DNA from: Deferribacterales bacterium
GTDB lineage: Bacteria; Chrysiogenota; Deferribacteres; Deferribacterales; Geovibrionaceae
Reading direction: 5' to 3'
Length of the DNA: 64,000 nt
Assembly (NCBI GenBank): GCA_050251875.1
Contig: JBFWMA010000004.1
Coordinates: 1-64,000, forward strand
Positions 58,541-64,000 of the stretch are shown piece after piece (the stretch's first letter is position 1; each line of letters begins with the position of its first letter). The notes under the pieces are model-generated. The model was given only the letters and a program-made list of their open reading frames with translations. It did no database searches and had not been told where the DNA came from. Made by a program: the position numbers and the translations under genes.

Positions 58541-59745
58541 TGGTACATCATGATGAATATCATATTCATAAGGCGAAGATACTGACCCCTTCGTTCTATG
58601 TGCTTCTGTTTTTTACTGTTCTTGGTTTTCTGCTGATCGGCGTGCGTTTCGTGAAGGGAATCGGCGCCGTGTCCAACATGTCTGACGGATACCCATGGGG
58701 CATCTGGATCGCCTATGACGTTGCCACCAGCACGGCTCTTGCATGCGGCGGATACGCCATGGCTATCATCATCTACATCATGAACAGGATGAAATATCAC
58801 CCGCTGATCCGTTCCGCTCTGGTTACCAGTATGTTCGGATATATGCTGGCGGGGATGTCCGTTATGGTGGATATCGGGCGCTACTGGAACTCATACAGCT
58901 TTTTCATTCCGTCCCGCTGGCAGACCAACTCTGTCATGTTCGAGGTGGCGGTGTGTATCATGGCTTACAACGTGGTTCTGATGATAGAGGTGCTTCCCGC
59001 TATACTGGAGCGCTTCATCCATGCCGAGACCACTCGCTTTCCCAAGCTGAAGCATTACGCTCTGATAATATATCCTAAACTGGACAAGGTGCTGATATTT
59101 ATCGTGGTTCTTGGTATCACACTGCCCACCATGCACCAGTCGTCTCTGGGGTCTATGCTCATCATCGCAAAATCTAAGCTGAACCCCATATGGCACACGG
59201 AGTTTCTGCCTCTGCTGTTCGTCATCAATGCTCTTTATATAGGCTATTCTGTTGTTATATTCGAGTCTTTTACATCCTCAATATCTTTCAACAGACCCTT
59301 TGAGTCAGAGATACAGCGGCTGTCGAAGGTCATTCCCTATGTCACCGCCATCTGGCTTTTCGTCAGGTTTGCCGACCTGTGGTACAGAGACCAGCTCGGC
59401 GCGGCTTTCGCCGGAGACTATAACTCATGGATGTTCATCACCGAGATACTTCTGATATCCGGCGGTACTTTCATCCTGATGTGGAGACAGTACAGAAGCT
59501 CTCCCAGAATGGTGTTTATCTCCGCTATGCTTCTGCTCATCGGTGGCGGCTGGTACAGATTCAACGTTTATCTGCTGGGATTCAAGCCCCATGGCAACTG
59601 GAGCTATTTCCCGTCACTGCCGGAATTTTTTATTACAATCGGTCTCGTGGCTTTCGAGATTCTGGGATACATGGTGCTGGTGAAACTGTTCCCCATCATG
59701 CCCAAACTGCACAAGCCCGAAGCGCAGACCGCACAGGCACATTGA
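58540..59745 (+). CDS. hybB: Hydrogenase-2 membrane subunit (NrfD family)
   Basis: YPWGIWIAYDV, DIGRYW, SVMFEV, LPTMHQSSLG, YFPS. Confidence 0.93.
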   Translation: MVHHDEYHIHKAKILTPSFYVLLFFTVLGFLLIGVRFVKGIGAVSNMSDGYPWGIWIAYDVATSTALACGGYAMAIIIYIMNRMKYHPLIRSALVTSMFGYMLAGMSVMVDIGRYWNSYSFFIPSRWQTNSVMFEVAVCIMAYNVVLMIEVLPAILERFIHAETTRFPKLKHYALIIYPKLDKVLIFIVVLGITLPTMHQSSLGSMLIIAKSKLNPIWHTEFLPLLFVINALYIGYSVVIFESFTSSISFNRPFESEIQRLSKVIPYVTAIWLFVRFADLWYRDQLGAAFAGDYNSWMFITEILLISGGTFILMWRQYRSSPRMVFISAMLLLIGGGWYRFNVYLLGFKPHGNWSYFPSLPEFFITIGLVAFEILGYMVLVKLFPIMPKLHKPEAQTAQAH

Positions 59746-59752
59746 TTTTTTT

Positions 59753-59813
59753 AGACTGCTTTGTCACTTTGTTCCTCGCAGTGACGTCATTGCGAGCCTG
59801 AGCGAAGCAATCT
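59753..59813. repeat. Back-to-back GTCATTGCGAG repeats between hybB and hybC
   Basis: AGACTGCTTTG...CTCGCAGTGAC|GTCATTGCGAG...CGAAGCAATCT. Confidence 0.85.
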
Positions 59814-59838
59814 TTTACAATATTTTACGAGGTATAAG

Positions 59839-61521
59839 ATGTCAAAGAGAATTACGATAGACCCCATCACAAGGATTGAGGGACACCTCCGCATAGATTT
59901 CGAGGTTGACGGAGGACAGGTGTCAAAGGCGTGGTCTTCCGCACAGATGTGGAGAGGTATTGAAAAAATATTAATAGGCAGAGACCCCAGAGACGCATGG
60001 GTTTTCGCTCAGAGATTCTGCGGAGTGTGTACTACTGTACACGCTATCAGCTCCATCCGTTCGCTTGAAAACGCTCTGAATGTAGAAGTTCCTCTGAACG
60101 CACAGCTCGTGCGGAACATGGTGATCGCTCAGCACAGCGTGCAGGATCACATCGTTCACTTCTATCACCTGTCCGCTCTGGACTGGGTGGACATAGTGAG
60201 CGCTCTGTCCGCCGATCCTAAAAAGACAGCGCAGATAGCTCAGTCGCTCTCTGACTGGACAGGCAACAGCGAAACGGAATTCAGAGCTGTGAAAGAGAAG
60301 CTGACCGCCTTCGTAAAAACAGGCAGACTCGGCATATTCGGTTCAGGATACTGGGGACACCCAGCCATGAAGCTGAGCCCCGAGGTAAACCTGATGGCGG
60401 CGGCTCACTATCTGAAGGCGCTGGATTATCAGAAAAAAGCCGCTCAGGCGGTAGCCATCCTCGGCGGAAAGAACCCCCACATACAGAACCTGTGTCTGGG
60501 CGGTGTCGCCACAGCCATCAACATGGACAACGAAGCCACGCTGAATATGGAGCGTGTGGCTCTGATGCGCTCTCTGATGACAGAGACCAGAGATTTCGTG
60601 AAAAAGGTTCTGTTCAATGACGTTGTGGCTATCGGCAGCATGTATAAAGAATGGTTCAAATACGGCAGAGGCGTTGACAACTATCTCGCTGTGCCGGAGT
60701 TTCCTCTTGATTCAAAGATGACAAAATTCGATATGTCCGGCGGTATAATAAACAACGGCGATCTGAAAAATTTCAAAAAACTGACAGACCATAAAGATGC
60801 TGCTCTGATATCCGGCATCACAGAGTCCACCAAACACGCATGGTACAAAGACGATGAACCCAAAAATCCCTTCAAAGGCGAGACAGAGCCTATGTATACT
60901 GATTTTGAGCCGGACGGAAAATATACATGGTGCAAGGCGCCCCGTCTGGACGGACGCCCTGTACAGGTGGGTCCCGTGGCTCAGATTCTGGCTTCATACG
61001 CCGCCGGGGACAAAGAGGTTAAGGCGATGGTCGATTCCGTATGCTCCAAGCTGGGTATAGGCGTGAACGATCTTCAGTCCACAATGGGCAGACACGTCAC
61101 CCGTGCCATCCGCTCCGTTATCATGGCGGATAAATCTCTGCTGTATCTGGATATGCTGATGGACAACCTGGCGAAAGGCGACAGCGTATACGCCAACCAT
61201 ACAGAGATGCCCAAAGGCGAATATCAGGGCGTTGGATTCCACGAAGCGCCCAGAGGCACACTGTCTCACTGGATGGTGATAGATGACGGCAAGCTGAAAA
61301 ACTATCAGGCTGTTGTCCCCTCCACATGGAACGCCGGTCCCAGAGACGAAAAAGGAGTGGCGGGACCCTATGAGGCGAGCATAAAAGGCAACCCCGTAGC
61401 CGATCCGGAAAAACCCCTTGAGGTTATCAGAACAGTGCATTCATTCGACCCCTGTATAGCGTGCGCCGTTCACTCCATAGACCCCGAAGGTAAAGAGATC
61501 ACCAATATCAGGGTAAGGTAA
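59839..61521 (+). CDS. hybC: [NiFe] hydrogenase large subunit
   Basis: DPITRIEGH, QRFCGVCTTVH, SFDPCIACAVH plus cleavable tail. Confidence 0.96.
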   Translation: MSKRITIDPITRIEGHLRIDFEVDGGQVSKAWSSAQMWRGIEKILIGRDPRDAWVFAQRFCGVCTTVHAISSIRSLENALNVEVPLNAQLVRNMVIAQHSVQDHIVHFYHLSALDWVDIVSALSADPKKTAQIAQSLSDWTGNSETEFRAVKEKLTAFVKTGRLGIFGSGYWGHPAMKLSPEVNLMAAAHYLKALDYQKKAAQAVAILGGKNPHIQNLCLGGVATAINMDNEATLNMERVALMRSLMTETRDFVKKVLFNDVVAIGSMYKEWFKYGRGVDNYLAVPEFPLDSKMTKFDMSGGIINNGDLKNFKKLTDHKDAALISGITESTKHAWYKDDEPKNPFKGETEPMYTDFEPDGKYTWCKAPRLDGRPVQVGPVAQILASYAAGDKEVKAMVDSVCSKLGIGVNDLQSTMGRHVTRAIRSVIMADKSLLYLDMLMDNLAKGDSVYANHTEMPKGEYQGVGFHEAPRGTLSHWMVIDDGKLKNYQAVVPSTWNAGPRDEKGVAGPYEASIKGNPVADPEKPLEVIRTVHSFDPCIACAVHSIDPEGKEITNIRVR

Positions 61522-62000
61522 TGAAAGTAGTAGTATTCGGCGCCGGAAACCTTCTGCTGAGCGATGAGGGGCTGGGTGTTCATCTGGTCAAGAGGATGAA
61601 TGAGAAGTATGCCCCCTCTGACGATGTGGAGTTTTATGACGGCGGCACTATGGGCATACTCGCCACACACAAGCTGGAGGAGACAAAACACGTTATCATC
61701 GTGGATTCTCTGGAGGCTGAGGGCGAGGCGGGCGAACTCCGGGTTTATCAGAAGGAGGATATTATGCTGGAAAAGATTCCGGCAAAGATGTCTCCCCACC
61801 AGATAGGGCTTCAGGAGGTGCTGACACTCAGCGAGCTGAGAGGCAAGGCGCCTGAGTCCATCACATTTTACGGTGTGATCCCAGCCAGTCTGGACAGCGA
61901 TGTGGAGCTGAGCCCCGAGGTGCATAAAAGGATGGAAGAGATAGACGAGATGATAGTCTCGGAGCTTAAAACCTTCGGGATTGACATGTGTCCCGCTTAG
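61521..62000 (+). CDS. hybD: Hydrogenase maturation protease
   Basis: GNLLLSDEGLG, DGGT, SPHQIG. Confidence 0.93.
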   Translation: MKVVVFGAGNLLLSDEGLGVHLVKRMNEKYAPSDDVEFYDGGTMGILATHKLEETKHVIIVDSLEAEGEAGELRVYQKEDIMLEKIPAKMSPHQIGLQEVLTLSELRGKAPESITFYGVIPASLDSDVELSPEVHKRMEEIDEMIVSELKTFGIDMCPA

Positions 62001-62020
62001 ACACCTTATATCAATTTATG

Positions 62021-62055
62021 AAAACTGCCGAACCGAGAGGAACGGCAGTTTTTTT
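62021..62055 (+). terminator. Intrinsic terminator of the hyb operon
   Basis: AAAACTGCCG...CGGCAGTTTTTTT. Confidence 0.85.
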
Positions 62056-62067
62056 ATGCCTGTACGC

Positions 62068-62110
62068 AAAAAAAACGGCGAACCCGCTGTAAAAGGTCCG
62101 CCGCTTTTTT
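62068..62110. terminator. Second, bidirectional-looking terminator
   Basis: A8-CGGCGAACC...GGTCCGCCG-C-T6. Confidence 0.6.
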
Positions 62111-62157
62111 AGTGCTTAAATCTTATGTAAGGTAGGTGGCTTGTGGCAATAACCATG

Positions 62158-62240
62158 CGAAAATTTATCCGTTCCAGAAAATTTTCGATACGCTCCATCT
62201 GCCGTGTCATTGCGAGGAGCGCAGCGACGTGGCAATCTCA
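62158..62240 (-). repeat. Single GTCATTGCGAG repeat (62206-62240) joined to a deleted GGA-cassette copy (62158-62196)
   Basis: GTCATTGCGAGGAGCGCAGCGACGTGGCAATCTCA; minus strand GGAGCG-TATCGAAAATTTTC-TGGAAC-GGATAAATTTTCG resembles 39789-39822. Confidence 0.75.
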
Positions 62241-62300
62241 TTTCATATTTTATTATAACACCAAAAAAACATTTTTGTTTTTTTAGCAATATAATTTTTT

Positions 62301-62494
62301 AAAAAATCCCCGGCGTGTTTAAGATAACGCCGGGGTTAGAAGCGGCTGCTGCCGCCTATGCATCTTTGGTATATTTTCTTTCTTGCTATTTGAGAGCCCT
62401 GTCAGCGGGCAGTATGCCCGCTTTCCCAAGACCTCCCCCAAATATGAGTAGTGACAATCGCAGGTATGTGGTGACATACCTGGCTAACGAGTTG
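62301..62494 (-). ncRNA. Candidate sigma54-dependent structured small RNA (~195 nt)
   Basis: Lies between a -24/-12 promoter and an intrinsic terminator (62301-62335); perfect hairpins at 62461-62482, 62404-62422 and 62342-62355. Confidence 0.65.
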
Positions 62495-62504
62495 CGTATA
62501 TAAA

Positions 62505-62521
62505 AGCAATGGATGTGCCAG
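62505..62521 (-). promoter_or_regulatory. Sigma54 (-24/-12) promoter
   Basis: Minus strand CTGGCAC-ATCCA-TTGCT matches the consensus YTGGCAC-N5-TTGCW. Confidence 0.85.
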
Positions 62522-62594
62522 TTTGATAATGTGGTATAACTTACTTGTAGATAATGACAAGTTCGATAATAGCGGATGTTCATATTTTTTAAAA

Positions 62595-62681
62595 TGGCGG
62601 AAATTAGCCATGGGGGACTAGGGTTGTTTTATAAATACTGTGGATTATTAGTTGTTTGTGATGTGTGGCGAAAATCAGCCA
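62595..62681. promoter_or_regulatory. Two candidate upstream activator sequences
   Basis: TGGCGGAAATTAGCCA (62595-62610) and TGGCGAAAATCAGCCA (62666-62681): 14/16 identical, TGGC-N8-GCCA dyads. Confidence 0.6.
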
Positions 62682-62691
62682 GAAATAAAAA

Positions 62692-63999
62692 TCAGGATAT
62701 GTTGTGTTTTTCCAGCTTATATCGGAGAGTTCCTCTGGGGATATTCAGCAGTCTGGACATTTTCGACACGTTGCCCTTTGTCATGGAAAAAGCCTTTGAT
62801 AATAGCTGTTTTTCTATATCTGAGAGCATGTTCTCCAGATCGGCGCCTGTTTCCGGGATTTCCAGAGCGGTTCCGCCATTTTTGTCATGCTTCTCCCCGG
62901 CTATCTCTCTGGGCAGCATGTCCGCTGTTATGGAGCTGGCGCTGTTCATGATACATATCCGCTCCACCATGTTTTTGAGCTCACGGATGTTGCCGGGCCA
63001 TGAATAATTTCTGAAAAGCTCAAGGGCGTCTTTTGATATCTCTTTGATATCTTTCTTAAATTCAGCGTTGAATCTGCCGAGAAAAAAATTAAGCAGAGGC
63101 GGGATGTCGTCCTTGCGCTCTCTCAGCGGGGGCAGATATATCGGAAATACGTTCAGACGGTAATAGAGGTCTTCTCTGAACTCTTTGGTGTTTATAGCTT
63201 CTTTCAGATCTTTGTTCGTGGCGGCTATTATGCGCACGTCTATGTCGATGTTTCTGTTGCTGCCCAGACGCCTCAGCTTGCGCTCTTCCAGCACACGGAG
63301 CAGTTTCACCTGGAGGTTCATGTCCATGTCGCCTATCTCGTCCAGAAAGAGCGTGCCTCCGTTCGCCTCTTCCAGAAGCCCTGTCTTGCGGGATTTGGCA
63401 TCGGTGAAGGCTCCTTTCTCGTGTCCGAAAAGTTCTGATTCCAGAAGGTTATACGGCAGTGATCCGCAGTTGATGTCTATGAATGGTCTGTCTTTTCTCG
63501 GGGACAGGTTGTGTATGGCTCTGGCGGCCACCTCCTTTCCCGTGCCCGATTCGCCTGTGATGAGCACAGTGGCGGTTTCGTGCTTGGCAACTTCCGCTAT
63601 CTTTTTGAATACGTCTTTCATCGGGCGGCTCGATCCCACCACCTCCGGAAGCTGTACCCCGTCACGTTTCAGAGACTTCAGCTCTCTCTTCAGACTCTGG
63701 GTTTCCAGCGCCAGTCTGACGATGAGGTGTATGGCGTCCGCTTTGAACGGCTTTTTGATGTAGTCGTAGGCGCCCATTTTCAGGGCTTCCACGGCGGTTT
63801 CCACCGTTCCGTAGCCTGTGATTATGATAACGAGGATGTCCGGCACTGTCTCCTTGATCTCTCTGAGGATGTCCAGACCGCTGTCCCTGCCCAGATTGAG
63901 GTCTAGAAGCACTAGGTCGATGTCGCTTTCGGATATCTGGCTGATGGTGCTCTGCCTGTTTTCCGCCGTGAAGACGTCATAGCCTTTCAGAGAGAGGGT
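62692..63999 (-). CDS. NtrC-family sigma54-dependent response regulator (5' end lies outside the window)
   Basis: REC (LVLLDL, YIKKP), GESGTGKE, ESELFGHEKGAFTDA, FLDEIG, WPGNIREL, Fis HTH; frame open to the window edge. Confidence 0.95.
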   Translation of the reverse strand, partial: TLSLKGYDVFTAENRQSTISQISESDIDLVLLDLNLGRDSGLDILREIKETVPDILVIIITGYGTVETAVEALKMGAYDYIKKPFKADAIHLIVRLALETQSLKRELKSLKRDGVQLPEVVGSSRPMKDVFKKIAEVAKHETATVLITGESGTGKEVAARAIHNLSPRKDRPFIDINCGSLPYNLLESELFGHEKGAFTDAKSRKTGLLEEANGGTLFLDEIGDMDMNLQVKLLRVLEERKLRRLGSNRNIDIDVRIIAATNKDLKEAINTKEFREDLYYRLNVFPIYLPPLRERKDDIPPLLNFFLGRFNAEFKKDIKEISKDALELFRNYSWPGNIRELKNMVERICIMNSASSITADMLPREIAGEKHDKNGGTALEIPETGADLENMLSDIEKQLLSKAFSMTKGNVSKMSRLLNIPRGTLRYKLEKHNIS

Positions 64000-64000
64000 T

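Noticed and set aside
59839..61521. [NiFeSe] or O2-tolerant hydrogenase
   Set aside because: The C-terminal motif is DPCIAC with no UGA, and the small subunit has CTGC rather than CTCC.
62319..62477. 52-aa minus-strand ORF (MSPHTCDCHY...) inside the sRNA candidate
   Set aside because: No RBS, the ATG sits in a perfect hairpin and the stop lies in the terminator loop. Not called, though not formally excluded.

Overview
Gene-dense bacterial chromosome segment from an anaerobic respirer. Gene content and style are consistent with Deferribacterales (e.g. Seleniivibrio/Denitrovibrio-like); this is an inference, not verified. From left to right it carries: a soluble tandem-sensor/CheW fusion; an arsenic/oxyanion-type cluster (ArsP-like permease, small thioredoxin-like protein, arsC, TehA/SLAC1, PhnD/AioX-like binding protein); etfBA plus a membrane Fe-S oxidoreductase; a MacAB-TolC-type exporter; a RAYT transposase with GTAG REPs; an ald-hypothetical-kdsA-hemW-cytochrome c-hemerythrin run; MSHA/type IV pilus genes with a reduced PrsK/PrsR-like pair; an M23 peptidase, proS and mscS; ccdA with ccmEFABCD; assorted single genes; a Hyb-type [NiFe] hydrogenase operon; and a 5'-truncated NtrC-family activator. 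No rRNA, tRNA or CRISPR array was seen. Main unannotated signals: (1) a GIY-YIG nuclease gene bracketed by GTCATTGCGAG palindromic ends, preceded by two 141-bp tandem mini-copies that carry the last 57 nt of the nuclease gene, with the same ends dispersed across the window; (2) a 54-codon membrane micro-ORF with an in-frame UGA and a SECIS-like hairpin (candidate selenoprotein) coupled to kdsA; (3) a structured ~195-nt sigma54-promoted sRNA candidate with enhancer-like sites directly downstream of the NtrC-family gene; (4) further palindromic repeat families and a diverged duplicate of a gene 3' end.
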